64,000 bases of DNA from NCBI RefSeq assembly GCF_001194135.2, contig NC_069002.1:3058384-3122383 (forward strand). The letters are read 5' to 3'. Below the pieces are notes generated by a model. It was not told where the DNA came from. It ran no database searches and saw nothing but the letters and a program-made list of their open reading frames with translations. This document shows positions 1-12,506 of this stretch, one piece after another (positions within the stretch are counted from its first letter, which is position 1; each line of letters opens with the position of its first letter). Origin of the DNA: Octopus bimaculoides. Lineage: Eukaryota. The translations under genes were made by a program, and so were the position numbers.

Positions 1-52
1 ATATACACATATATCTAAATTTATTCCTATACCTAAATTACCGATTGCTATT

Positions 53-54
<2 letters not shown>

Positions 55-123
<69 letters not shown>

Positions 124-126
124 CTG
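55..126. repeat. (TA)n(TG)n compound microsatellite
   Basis: Direct reading. Confidence 0.97.
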
Positions 127-392
127 TGTAACAAATATTAAATACATATACATATAAAACATGTATGTATGCATGAATGTACATATAATATACATACAAA
201 TATAAATAAACCAATAATCACATTTACATATAGTAAAATACATAGATACGTATACAGATTCATATATACGCCTGTGTGGGCGCGAATAAACACACTACGT
301 ACGTCTGAATATACGTATGTATACATATATACACATATGATTAAATACATATATGTATATATATACATTTATATATATACATATATGCATAC

Positions 393-429
<37 letters not shown>

Positions 430-1014
430 NNNNNNNNNNNNNNNNNNNNNNNNNNNNNNNNNNNNNNNNNNNNNNNNNNNNNNNNNNNNNNNNNNNNNNN
501 NNNNNNNNNNNNNNNNNNNNNNNNNNNNNNNNNNNNNNNNNNNNNNNNNNNNNNNNNNNNNNNNNNNNNNNNNNNNNNNNNNNNNNNNNNNNNNNNNNNN
601 NNNNNNNNNNNNNNNNNNNNNNNNNNNNNNNNNNNNNNNNNNNNNNNNNNNNNNNNNNNNNNNNNNNNNNNNNNNNNNNNNNNNNNNNNNNNNNNNNNNN
701 NNNNNNNNNNNNNNNNNNNNNNNNNNNNNNNNNNNNNNNNNNNNNNNNNNNNNNNNNNNNNNNNNNNNNNNNNNNNNNNNNNNNNNNNNNNNNNNNNNNN
801 NNNNNNNNNNNNNNNNNNNNNNNNNNNNNNNNNNNNNNNNNNNNNNNNNNNNNNNNNNNNNNNNNNNNNNNNNNNNNNNNNNNNNNNNNNNNNNNNNNNN
901 NNNNNNNNNNNNNNNNNNNNNNNNNNNNNNNNNNNNNNNNNNNNNNNNNNNNNNNNNNNNNNNNNNNNNNNNNNNNNNNNNNNNNNNNNNNNNNNNNNNN
1001 NNNNNNNNNNNNNN

Positions 1015-1053
<39 letters not shown>

Positions 1054-1933
1054 TGCATATATATCTAATTATATGAATACAAATATATACATATGTTAAA
1101 TATACATATATTGATTTTGTTTGCCGTTGATGTATGAAAACATAGAAATTCTCATTTCTGTTATACCTCTATAAGAAATGTAGTGTACCGGCTTTTGTAA
1201 TAGTGTCTAAACAGCTTTAATTCCTTATCCTTGAAAGTTTCGTGCGATTGACCTTCAGCTAACCACAATCCACAGTATGTTTTATATAATCATTTTTTGC
1301 ACTTATACTCAATACCCAAATGTTGTAAGTCAATGATATAATTGATTAATCATAACGTCTTCTATACTACACTTTTAACTGAACTTTCTTTTCCAAAGAT
1401 TTTTATGATTCAGAGTTTAGCCGGTACTTTTTGGTTCCGAAATTAAAATATTATACTTATGCATTACGGTGCTTTCTTTTACGGTACTCCAGCAATTTTA
1501 CCCATCCAGCAGTCTTAGTCTTTATTGTATCATTGAAGGCGTTGGATCTAATTGGTCAGACGCAAGGTAGTTCAGGTCTGAAGCTGAGCAACAAGAAATT
1601 TGTCATATTCCGACAAGTTTAGTTAAGCTCGGACTTTTTGTTTGTGACTGAGATCCCAAAATATATACTGTTCTAAATATTGGATCTCAGCTTATAATTT
1701 CGCACACAAAGATTATATCAGCTTCTTCTCTACATCTTTCCTTTTTTCACCCAGTTTCTCTGTTCTGCTACATCCTGTCTTTGTTATAATTGCGTATCGT
1801 CTTACGGTCCCAATCAGCTGGAGGTAGAGGCGACCAACAAGTTTTAGGATCTGACGATACGCCATAAAGCTAAACCCTTTATGGACGGGAAACCTGAGGT
1901 AATCCCATAAACCGGCCTTCCCCATTTTTAATA

Positions 1934-1968
<35 letters not shown>

Positions 1969-2114
1969 TTGATGACAGAGGGAAAATTGAAGATACGAGA
2001 ATTTTTATTAAACAAATATATAACGAACATTGTGAAGGTGATCCCGCTTTACCAGTAAGCTACAGGTATAAACCATTCATTTTATTATATAATATATATA
2101 TATAGTGGTGAAGG

Positions 2115-2119
<5 letters not shown>

Positions 2120-2200
<81 letters not shown>
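2120..2200. repeat. (GA)n microsatellite
   Basis: Direct reading. Confidence 0.98.
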
Positions 2201-2202
<2 letters not shown>

Positions 2203-2689
2203 GGTAATTATATATTGCCGTGAGATGTCATAAATCTATACAAAGAAAATGCAAAATTACTTTCTCGTGAGTAATTTCGTCCTGCACAAACTGTAGCTTT
2301 TTACGCCCAGATGAACTTAGGTTCATAAAGAGCAAAAAGAAAATGAAAGTATAAATAGTGAATGACAGGGTTTTGATATATATGAAAAAAGAAAACAAAA
2401 ATCGATGCTCCAGTATGGTCGTGGTCCTGTGTGTGAAACTAATAAATAGATGGAGGAATGAAATACCGAATTTCGGTTTCGGTAAAAAGGTAGAGGGAGG
2501 ACAAGGAAGAGGGTGTGAGTGCAGCAGGGGAGGAGAGAGAGGAGAGGCAGGAAGGGATGGTTGGGAAGGTAGGAGGTTTTGATCGATCGGCTTTGATTGT
2601 AAATGTAAGAGGAAGTAATTAAAACACAAAAACATTGATTCTATAATCGATATTGTAGCTAAAATGGAGTCTGCAACTAATGTTACGAC

Positions 2690-2855
2690 TACTACTACAA
2701 CTACTACGAACACTGCTAACGATAATTATACAAATAATTCTATTAATAATGATGATGATGGTGACGATGATGATGAGGTGGAGGTAGAGGATGATAATTT
2801 CTTTTATTGAAATTATTATAACAACAACAATAATAATAACAGTAATAATAATAAA

Positions 2856-2937
<82 letters not shown>

Positions 2938-3225
2938 CATAAATCTATTACTAATATTTCAATAATAACTACAACTAATATTATCGCTACTATTTTTGTT
3001 ACTACTACTACTACCACTACCACCACCACTGCCACTACCACCACCACCTCAAATTCTAATATTAATAGTACTGTTATTAATCCTTCTAGGACAGCAATCA
3101 CTACAATTATTACCACTCCTAGTTCTACTAATACTACTACCACTACTATTATTATTTTTCCTACTACTACTAATAATAATAATACAAATACTACTACAGT
3201 AATAACAACTACAAGCCAACAATGA
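2690..3225. repeat. Trinucleotide low-complexity block: (AAT)n, (ACT)n, (ACC)n, (GAT)n
   Basis: Direct reading; explains the poly-N/T/I/V ORFs in the track. Confidence 0.95.
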
Positions 3226-3239
3226 GCTTAAGAAGGATT

Positions 3240-3465
3240 AGCCTTTGCGTGGTCGCTCTACATGTTTGATTTATTAACCGAATGTTTCAAAAAAAGTCAT
3301 GCGTCTGAAAGCGGAAGGGTCACGTTGTACTGTGTAGGCTTAAATATACTACGGCAGGATCCGAGTCAATAGACATATAACGACCTCGGATCAAAGGCGC
3401 TTGAACCGCCTTTGATCCCAGGTTTACTCGGTCTGATTTGACTTGGGGCTTAAACAGCAACAATA
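3240..3465 (+). mobile_element. Dispersed repeat family D, copy 1 (about 220 bp, short CAA-type tail)
   Basis: GCCTTTGCGTGGTCGCTC head and GCCTTTGATCCCAGG...GACTTGGGGCTTAAACAGCAACAA end align by eye with copies at 3485, 6672, 24875, 33985 and 63655. Confidence 0.6.
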
Positions 3466-3484
3466 TTGAACAGGTCAAGAAACC

Positions 3485-3680
3485 TCTTCTACGTGATTTT
3501 TTTGACTTGCAAGAAACGGTAGGTAAATCGTCCTCAGATCACACACCCTGTAGTCTGTTATGAATGGGACACGTTGAGTAACGTGCAGTTATCCTATATA
3601 TCGTCTGTGTCGGAATAAAAGACCGGATAGCCATTACTGGAATGTCTTAGGCCTTATATATGCTCAGTCAGAGATCATTA
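3485..3680 (+). mobile_element. Dispersed repeat family D, copy 2 (degenerate, tandem to copy 1)
   Basis: GACTTGCAAGAAACGGTAGGTAAATCGTCCTCAGATCACACACC resembles the CTAGAAATAGCAGCCAAAT...CAAATCACAC core of the other copies. Confidence 0.55.
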
Positions 3681-3727
3681 ACTTTCAAATAGTCACGATG
3701 AGAACAATAACGACAGAAACAACGATG

Positions 3728-3751
3728 GCAGCAGCATCGGCAGCAGCAGCA

Positions 3752-3795
<44 letters not shown>
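3728..3795. repeat. (GCA)n(GGC)n trinucleotide repeat
   Basis: Direct reading; lies between repeat D and a SINE, with no splice context. Confidence 0.95.
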
Positions 3796-3796
<1 letters not shown>

Positions 3797-3868
3797 ATAG
3801 TGACGACAACAGGGGTTGTAGAGCAATAATGACAACAATAACGTCAACTGCTACAACAACCACCTACT

Positions 3869-4035
3869 AAGTCGATTACATCGACCCCAGTGTACAACTG
3901 GTACTTCTTTTGTCGATCCCGAAAGGATGAAAGGGAAAGTCGACCTCGGCGGAATTTGAAATCAGAACGTAAAGAGGGACGAAATACCGCTAAGCATTTT
4001 AGCCAGCGCGCTAACGATTCAGCTAGCTCAGCGCT
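3869..4035 (-). mobile_element. tRNA-derived SINE family A
   Basis: Reverse complement matches the 28669-28885 copy (GTCGACCTCGGCGGAATTTGAA; GATTACATCGACCCCAGTG). Confidence 0.9.
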
Positions 4036-4391
4036 TTAGTAATGATGATAATAATAATGATGATGATGATGATCATGATGATCGTGATGATCATGATAAT
4101 GATGACGATGACGACGACGACGACGATGATGATGACAATGATGATATAACTACTGCTGTTGCTGCTGCTGCTGTTACTACAAAAGTAATTATTGCTATAG
4201 AAATATCAATAATGCCTACAACAGCAACAGCGATATCCATTCGTGATATCAGAAGAGCAACATCAGCTAAAACAATGGCATTAACCATTACAAAGACTAT
4301 AAGGATAAGCTGTAACTACAATAAGAATAGGATCTATGAGGGGAGGAGGGAGGGGTGGGAAAAGGAGAGACAGAAAGAAAGAGGAAGGCTG

Positions 4392-4392
<1 letters not shown>

Positions 4393-4460
<68 letters not shown>
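4393..4460. repeat. (GAAA)n microsatellite
   Basis: Direct reading. Confidence 0.97.
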
Positions 4461-4462
<2 letters not shown>

Positions 4463-4763
4463 GTTGAATGAAGGAATGGAACAGTGAAAGAAAGAAAGAA
4501 AAAAGAAAGAAAGAATAAAAGAAAGAAAGAATGAGAAGAAGGGCAGAAGGAGGACATTAGTGGGAAATAAAGAGAGGGAAGACATCAATGTAATGAATAG
4601 TTCATTTAATGATAATTAATCAGAACTTAAAAAATTAACAGATTAACAAATGACATTTAATTAATTTTATTTACATAATTGAAAATCATTTTTTCTTTGT
4701 ATTGTTTTGAATTTATTTAGTAATAAAAAAAGTTTTAGGGCTTAAGAAAAATAGAAAACCAAT

Positions 4764-5065
4764 TGTGGTGGTGGTGGTGGTGGTGGTGGTGGTAGCAGTG
4801 TCGGAGGTGGCGGCGGTGGTGGTAATAGTAGTGGTGGTGGTGGTGGTGGTCGTCGTCGTCGTCGTCATCGTGGTCGTCGTTGTCGTGGTATTTATGATGA
4901 CTGGATCAAGGGAAGTCGTAACGGTGGAGGTGATGGTGGTGGTAATGGGGGTGATCATTGTGTTTCTGAAAATGGTTCCATTTCATTGAGGTGGGGACGG
5001 TGATAGTGGTAGCGGTAATGGTGGCAATTTTGTGGTGGTGGTGGTGGTGGTGGTGGTGGTGGTGA
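4764..5065. repeat. (GGT)n/(GTC)n degenerate trinucleotide block
   Basis: Direct reading. Confidence 0.93.
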
Positions 5066-5246
5066 TAGTTGTCGTAGCAGTGGTGATGTCTATGACGGAG
5101 ATAACATTTGTGATTGTAACTGTGATAGGAATTGTATCAACGGCGGCATTAATAGTGATGACGGACGTGGTAGCTTCCGTAGTATTGGTGTTAGTTTACT
5201 AAATGAGGCGAATCGTTTGCATAATTATTAAAGCATAGGCTAGACC

Positions 5247-5470
5247 GATGTGCCTGTACGCTGCAGCACTTCTTATAAAACATTTGAAAATTTAAGTAAA
5301 TATAAGGACCTTGAAATAGAAGTCGCAAAATTATGACATCTAAAAACAACTATTGTAATTTCGATCATCGGAGCATTGGAGGCAATACATGTCGCTCTTG
5401 AACACTATGGCCAAATATCAGGAATCTCAAATGTAACAGAACTACAAAAAATTGTTCTTGCCCGATGTTA
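5247..5470 (+). mobile_element. R4/Dong-type non-LTR retrotransposon, restriction-like endonuclease C-terminal remnant (pseudogenised)
   Basis: Frame from 5247 reads DVPVRCSTSYKTFENLSKYKDLEIEVAKL*HLKTTIVISIIGALEAI...QISGISNVTELQKIVL. This fits the EK..KY.DL..E...W..K....P...GALG...LQK..L end of RLE-bearing elements and aligns with the copy at 61745. Confidence 0.8.
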
Positions 5471-5688
5471 TACAGATTCAGCCAGCTCGCCGTTCTGATG
5501 ATGATAATAATAATAATACAGTGAGTTTCTTTGCCCTATGTGTCGGGAAGTCACTCGGCAAAAAAAGAAAACAAAACTGAAAGAAGAGAATAATAGTAAT
5601 AGTANNNNNNNNNNNNNNNNNNNNNNNNNNNNNNNNNNNNNNNNNNNNNNNNNNNNNNNNNNNNNNNNAGGAGGAGGAGGAGGAGGGC

Positions 5689-5772
5689 TTGAAATTTTGT
5701 CGCACAAGGCCAGCAATTTCCGGGGAGCGTACAAGTCGATTACATCGCTTCCAGTGCTCAATTGGTACTTAC
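5689..5772 (-). mobile_element. SINE family A, 3' fragment
   Basis: CACAAGGCCAGCAATTTC...AAGTCGATTACATCG...CAGTGCTCAATTGGTACTTA matches the family A tail. Confidence 0.8.
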
Positions 5773-6046
5773 CTTACGTCACAGCGGATTGTATACGAAA
5801 CATCAGTTTATATATTTCAGAGGCGTTATGTAAGTCAGAACGTGATAGTGTGACAGGAATAGGAATAGAGAGAGAAAGAGGGAGGGATAAAGAGGGAGGG
5901 AGAAAGAGGGAGAGAGTGTGTGTGAATGTGTGTTTTTTTACTTTGTGTATGTCTGTGTGTCTCTATGATACGTCGACGTACATATGTATAGTAATTATTG
6001 ATTAGGTAACAGTCTTCTGTTGTTTTCCTCTATACCTCATATTAAT

Positions 6047-6048
<2 letters not shown>

Positions 6049-6119
<71 letters not shown>

Positions 6120-6159
6120 GTATCAATAATGCTACTTAGTTTTATTTTTATTTTCATCA

Positions 6160-6202
<43 letters not shown>

Positions 6203-6240
6203 TGTTGTTGTTATAATTACTATTGTTATTATTATTATTA
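6049..6240. repeat. (AAT)n followed by (ATT)n (inverted microsatellite pair)
   Basis: Direct reading. Confidence 0.95.
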
Positions 6241-6671
6241 GTTTCATCTGATATCATCGTTGTTGGTGTTATTGCTGTGGCTGCTGTTGCACTTGTCGCT
6301 ATTCTTGATGTTATTTTTCTTGCCATTGTTGTTGTTGTTGCTGCTGCTGCTGTTCCTGTTGTAGTTCTGTTATTATTATTATTCTCGTTATTGTTGTTGT
6401 TGCTATTATTGCTGTTGTTGTTGTTGTCATTTCTAATACAGTTTGATATTTGTTTATTTTTCGTGTATTTTTTTCTTCCATATTGTTAATAACGTTGATG
6501 TTGCTTCAGTCGCCATCTTTGTTCAAAATATTGTTATTGTTTTTGCTATTCCTGTTATTAATATTGTTGTTATTTTAATTTTTTCCCTTTTTGTATTTTA
6601 TTTTTGTTTATTTGCTTTCTTAATTTTCTTTTTATCTTTCTTACGCATTCTTCTGTTAATGTGGTTGTTGT

Positions 6672-6860
6672 TGTTGTTGTTGCTGTGTCTCTAGGTCAAC
6701 CTTGACTGAGCAGACCTATGATCAAAGCTTTCCAACAATGACAACCTCCACCTTATTTTTAAATAATAAAATTGTTTTTCATATTATTAGATGATACTGT
6801 ATGCTTTGAGGGAAAATTTGGCTGCTATTTCTCGTTGTTCGATCGACCACATAGAGGCAC
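6672..6860 (-). mobile_element. Dispersed repeat family D
   Basis: Reverse complement contains AGAAATAGCAGCCAAAT..CCCTCAAA and GCTTTGATCATAGGTCTGCTCAGTCAAGGTTGACCTAG, then a (CAA)n tail. Confidence 0.7.
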
Positions 6861-9182
6861 CATCATCCTTCTTATTATTGTTATAGCTGTTGTTGTTGTT
6901 ATTATTGTTAATGTTAATATATCTCATTCCTCTATTTTGTTTTTGTCTCTTTTTTTTCTTTTCATTTTGCTTTTTCCAATTTGTTGTCTTGGATATTGTT
7001 TCTTATGTTATATTTTTATTGAAAATATTGTTGTTGCTGCATCTATTGCTGCGGCTGTTGCTGCTGCTGGTACTGCTTTTGCGGTTTTTGATGTTCTTTA
7101 TAAATTCCATGTTGTAATTTGTAGCTATTTTTGATAATTTTTCAAAAATATTTTATTGTTTTCCTTTCCCTTGTAATTGTTATTGCTGGGTTTTTTTCAT
7201 TTACTTCCGTTCTTATTGTTAGTGATGATGTTGTCATTTCTCTCCCTTTTATTATTGTTGTCCTTGTTCTTGTTTTCGTAACTATCTCATTTCGATTGCA
7301 AAAATTTTAATTATTTTACTGAAAGTTTAATTTTCTTTTTTCAATTGTACATCGGTTTTATCAATAGAAGCCATCAAAGATATCGATATAGCCTCTAGCA
7401 AGATGGCGTCTAAATGAAAAAAAAAATTATCGATGTGACTTGCCTTCAGCTAAATAGATTTTTGAAAATAAGTGCATTCATATAGCCTGAAGCGAAGATA
7501 GAATCGAATGGAAAATAATTCACAATACAGGCATATAGAAAGAATATGTAGCTTTCATTGAAGATGATTTCCATGCTAGCATGTATTGGATTATTTAGCT
7601 TCTGTCAAGACAAATTTAGAAAATTAATGGCACCGATATAATCTATATTTAGTATAAGGTCCGAAACGAAAATAAAATCTGATATTGGACTGCATAAATA
7701 CCTATGTAATTTCAAATTTGACAGCAGGGTATAGTAAGATTACTTAGAGTAAGAGATAAATGGATTTAGATATGGCTGTCTTCTTCCGACGTTCTCTTTG
7801 AAAATACGTGATATATTAGTTAAATCCCGATAAGTGGAGCCTTGGAAAAATTTCTTCTAGTTTTGCTCCTTGTACAATTGTTTTCTGCTGTTGCTTCAGA
7901 TCGACCCAAAACTTTTGGGTGAAATTTGGTGGATAGAAGTTGTATACTAACTCAGTGGACGAACTACTCTTGGGACGTAGATTTAATCCATTACTGAGTT
8001 AAAGCTATCATCCGGGTTTTTAGTGGTCTGCGATTGGGTGTTGAGAGTTGGGAGTCCTTAGCCTAAATCTCCGCTGTTATTAGCATTCTTCAGTCTCCGG
8101 ATAACTTGTACATTTCCTCTCATCAGTTACGAAATACAGGAAAAGGGTCCTCGGAGCACCCTTCCCCTCTGGCTCAGGCAATAACCAAAAAAAATTGTCT
8201 CTAACCAATCATTACTCCACTTTTCACCCAACATTCATAGATTATCCCAGAAAGTTTAATTTGCGAATTTCTATCAAATGAAGGTTTGATCTGACGGTGC
8301 AGAGAAAACTTGAAATTAAACTAAATANNNNNNNNNNNNNNNNNNNNNNNNNNNNNNNNNNNNNNNNNNNNNNNNNNNNNNNNNNNNNNNNNNNNNNNNN
8401 NNNNNNNNNNNNNNNNNNNNNNNNNNNNNNNNNNNNNNNNNNNNNNNNNNNNNNNNNNNNNNNNNNNNNNNNNNNNNNNNNNNNNNNNNNNNNNNNNNNN
8501 NNNNNNNNNNNNNNNNNNNNNNNNNNNNNNNNNNNNNNNNNNNNNNNNNNNNNNNNNNNNNNNNNNNNNNNNNNNNNNNNNNNNNNNNNNNNNNNNNNNN
8601 NNNNNNNNNNNNNNNNNNNNNNNNNNNNNNNNNNNNNNNNNNNNNNNNNNNNNNNNNNNNNNNNNNNNNNNNNNNNNNNNNNNNNNNNNNNNNNNNNNNN
8701 NNNNNNNNNNNNNNNNNNNNNNNNNNNNNNNNNNNNNNNNNNNNNNNNNNNNNNNNNNNNNNNNNNNNNNNNNNNNNNNNNNNNNNNNNNNNNNNNNNNN
8801 NNNNNNNNNNNNNNNNNNNNNNNNNNNNNNNNNNNNNNNNNNNNNNNNNNNNNNNNNNNNNNNNNNNNNNNNNNNNNNNNNNNNNNNNNNNNNNNNNNNN
8901 NNNNNNNNNNNNNNNNNNNNNNNNNNNNNNNNNNNNNNNNNNNNNNNNNNNNNNNNNNNNNNNNNNNNNNNNNNNNNNNNNNNNNNNNNNNNNNNNNNNN
9001 NNNNNNNGTGTGTACCTTGCCAGGCAGCTGACGATTCATTTCTTGCTTACTAGAAGTTTACTCCACGCGCATTCATTCAGGAAACAACTTTGAGGACGTA
9101 TACGTGTGCATTTGTGTGTGTGTGTGTGTACGCGTGTGGGGGGGGCGTAGATATGTGTGTGTGTGTGTGTGTGTGTGTCTAG

Positions 9183-9505
9183 TGAAGGTGCATGGCTTAG
9201 TGCTTCGGGTAATCGGCTCACGATCGTTATGTAGTGAGTTCGATTCCCAGCAACGCGTTGTGTTCTTGAGCAAGACACTTTATTTCATGTTGTTCCAGTC
9301 CACCCAGCTGGCAAAAATGAGTGGTACCTATATTTCAAAGTGAGGTGGGAGGGGTGCATCCTTGTCACACCTGTATCACCCTGAATCTCCCTGTGTACAT
9401 CTGTCTGTGGAGTGCTCAGCTACTTAAACATTAATTTTACGAGCAGGCTGTTCCGTCGATCGGATCAACTGGAACACTCGCGGTTGCAACCGACGGAGTG
9501 CCAGT
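9183..9505 (+). mobile_element. tRNA-derived SINE family C, near full length
   Basis: Head GAAGGTGCATGGCTTAGTG (A-box-like), GAGTTCGATTCCC (B-box), central TTGAGCAAGACACTTTATTTC; head homologous to 53895-54048. Confidence 0.85.
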
Positions 9506-9699
9506 TTGTTATGTGTGCTTGTGTATCTAAATATGTATCGATCAAAATGACCAGGTATACCTTAACGCTATTTATGCCACTATAGTCATGTAACCTCTCT
9601 TGCAAAGCATAATGTTATGCTAAGTGAAGCCTTCGCTATAACAGAAGTCGATTAATTGAAGAGAAAAACTGAATACTTGGGTCGATATAAATAATTAAA

Positions 9700-9780
9700 G
9701 TGAAACCCTTGAAGCTGGTCTGGCATCCCATCATGATCGCAGACAAATGACGGAAACCAAAAATAAGAAGAACAAAAAGG
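9700..9780 (+). mobile_element. SINE family B, degenerate 3' tail
   Basis: CATGATCGCAGACAAATGACGGAAACCAAAAATAAGAAG resembles the B tail CATGGCCGCAGTCAAATGACTGAAACAAGTAAAAG. Confidence 0.5.
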
Positions 9781-10582
9781 AAGAGGAAAGATTTCTCACC
9801 TTTCAGGAAAATCGACTGCAAATGCGAAAGACGTTATTTTAACCTTCAGCACCAAATGTCACACCTTGTCAAGTTTCATCAAGAAGTCTATTAAACCAAT
9901 AGATTATTCAGTAGGATGGTTCTGGAAATATAGCCTTTAGCGAGGAAAAATATTTTAGAATTTGATATATAAGAGCTTTAAATTTGTGCTAACATATTTA
10001 ATACGAAGAGCAAGAGTTCAGGTATTTTCATTGCTCTACAATTGGCAAGATGGTGTCGTAAGGGTTTTAGATAGAATGTCATGCGTTGTTTTATTTCGTT
10101 CCAATTGTCCTGGTTTCAGAGTTCAAATCCCAGAGAATTCAGTGTTAAACTATGTCGATTTGATTGAATTTCGACCTGGCATTCAGTGGAAGTGTGCTTG
10201 TTAAGGATGATAAAATCATCCTGGCAATCGAAGTAAAGTGGCAAATGATGATAAAATCACGTGTTACAACTGTCCCTCTGCCGGTGCTGACGAAATTTTC
10301 GTCTGCCGATATAATTTGTCCGCAGACAGATAACGGAGACCAAAATAACCTCCACTGCTTTTTAGCACTCAACGTCTATACGAAATGGCTTCTCAAGATG
10401 ATTACCGCAGATGACTACTGAAGATGATTTTCTTCCTTCCCAGGGTGTGTGTGGGTGGGTGTGTGTCCGTCGTTACGTTTTGCATGTGCATCTTTTTACA
10501 TGTGCATCTTTGTAGATGCACACAGGCAAGTGTATGCATTTATTCATTTAGAGAATTCCAAATGCCAAATCATTGGAATTTC

Positions 10583-10800
10583 TTACAAGTTGTATGTATG
10601 TATGTATGTATGTATGTATGTATGTATGTATGTATGTATGTGAGCATGCATGAATGTATGTATTTATGTTTGTATGCATGTAACTATGTATGTATGTGTC
10701 TATGTATTTATGTATCTATGTATGCATGCATGTACGTATTTATGCATGTGTATATGTATTATGTATGTATGTATGTATGTATGTATGTATGTACGCAGGT
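10583..10800. repeat. (TATG)n microsatellite, partly degenerate
   Basis: Direct reading. Confidence 0.95.
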
Positions 10801-11168
10801 CAACTCGAGAATATCTGTTAATGCAGAAAGCGAAATACTGTGTGGACAGAAACACAAAAAAAACAACCCATTAAACACAGCAAAAGTTCAAATTTATTGT
10901 TTTAATTCCATAAATCCATAACGACTTTAATTAGTCATTTGGGAAAACACGCGAAGGTAATTACACTATATCAATAATCACATTAATATTATACCTAATA
11001 CATAATTAAAACATTAAATTTGTTGTGAAATATTGCCCCGATAGTAATAAGAGGAAAACAATGCTTTAACTTTATTGATTAAAAAGGTTTGGCGAATACG
11101 TTAATTGAAATGTCCCCATTTGGAGAACGTTAATAATTGTTCTCATTATCTTAATTCATTAGAGATAC

Positions 11169-11282
11169 AGTCGCGTTACCATGTGGTGAAGGGGTTCGCT
11201 TTCTAATTGTGCGGTTCCGGATTCAATCTTGTTACTCGTCACATTGGACAAATTTCTTCTATCATTACCTTCATTTGGTTGC
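11169..11282 (+). mobile_element. SINE family B, degenerate 5' part
   Basis: ATGTGGTGAAG...GGTTCCGGATTCAATC...CACATTGGACAAATTTCTTCTA aligns loosely with the B head. Confidence 0.5.
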
Positions 11283-12404
11283 CTCATGTTTTGTCAAAAG
11301 GCTGTGAACTGGTATGAATAGGAAGAACAGAATGGTAGGAAAAAGACGTAAGTTGGCTGAACCGGTGCGAATGAGAATAGGCGATCAAGATAGCGACAAT
11401 TTGGAAGAACTGGTAAACTAACAGTCATGCTGGCGGCATTCTGGTAGAACTGGTATAGTTGGAACTTGGAGATAACTTTGAGATTGCAGAGCAATGAGTT
11501 GAAAAACGAACAAGCTCTGTGGAGAGTTTGTAGTGATGCACTAAATAAATGCTGTTAACAGGCAACTATTTTTCGTTCAAAATAAGATATGTTAACAAAA
11601 TAAATCTTTTGATAATACATTTATTAGAAAGTCGCAAATACCTTTTTAACGAAATATTCTAGAAACCCTGGATTGAATCAATTAAATCAGCCTGCAGGTC
11701 ATCAATGAAACAAGGTTTGATTGAATAAATAGTACTTTGTATGTCCCCCATGAAATAAAGTTGAAGTAATAATTAAATTTTTGTTTAAAGACATCAACAA
11801 ATATAATAAATGTTTTGATTGATGGCGATAAAATAGATACACGAGGCTTCTAAATGTTTTTTTTTTTACAGCGTATTAACTTCACACTAACATTTAAAGT
11901 CACAAATACTTCAAATTTAAAATTGCCAAACAACGTTTTAATGGCCTATATATGTGCGTGGGTGCACTTGTACGTCTACATGCACGTAAGTATGTGCCAC
12001 ATATATATTTATACATATATAACTATACATATACATATATATACACACATACATTTATACATATACATATATATATATATACATATATACACACTTGCAT
12101 ATATGTATTGAATATATATGCATATATATGTATATGTATAGACACAAGCACACAAATTTATATATAGATATGTGTGTGTGTGTGTTTATGTATTTATGTA
12201 TTCATAAAATGTAAATTACCAAAAAGAAAAACGAAAAATAAATTACAATAGAAAGCAACAAAAAGGAATCATTATTTTTTTAGTATGAAATCGAAATCGT
12301 TTCAAAATAGAGTCTTAATTCATTCGGTTGTTCTGTCATTCATTCATACAGACAGAAAGATAAGAAGATGGGGAAAATGAAGGGAAGGAAGGAAGGAGGG
12401 AAAA

Positions 12405-12506
<102 letters not shown>

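Noticed and set aside
1648-1690. Hairpin CTGAGATCC/GGATCTCAG with a bantam-like UGAGAUC stretch
   Set aside because: Only 9 contiguous pairs and a large bulge; not a match to the known miRNA beyond 7 nt.
1755-1823. Possible 69-nt exon FLCSATSCLCYNCVSSYGPNQLE after a pyrimidine tract (Ly6-like CYxC)
   Set aside because: Donor GTAGAG is weak, the body is T-rich like intron, and the 3' half resembles a decayed SINE; cannot be supported without RNA data.
4340-4359. G-quadruplex-type motif GGGG-AGGA-GGG-A-GGGG-T-GGG
   Set aside because: Part of a purine low-complexity tract; common and uninformative here.
8095-8135. CTGATGA...GAAA-TGTACA on the minus strand
   Set aside because: No stem II and position 16.1 is A; not a hammerhead.
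10241-10333. Peptide ANDDKITCYNCPSAGADEIFVCRY (LU-domain-like start)
   Set aside because: No usable acceptor or donor; bounded by stops; CYxC is common by chance.
11294-11530. GC-richer stretch with repeated GAACTGGTA and short ORFs on both strands
   Set aside because: No recognisable motif or convincing splice pair.
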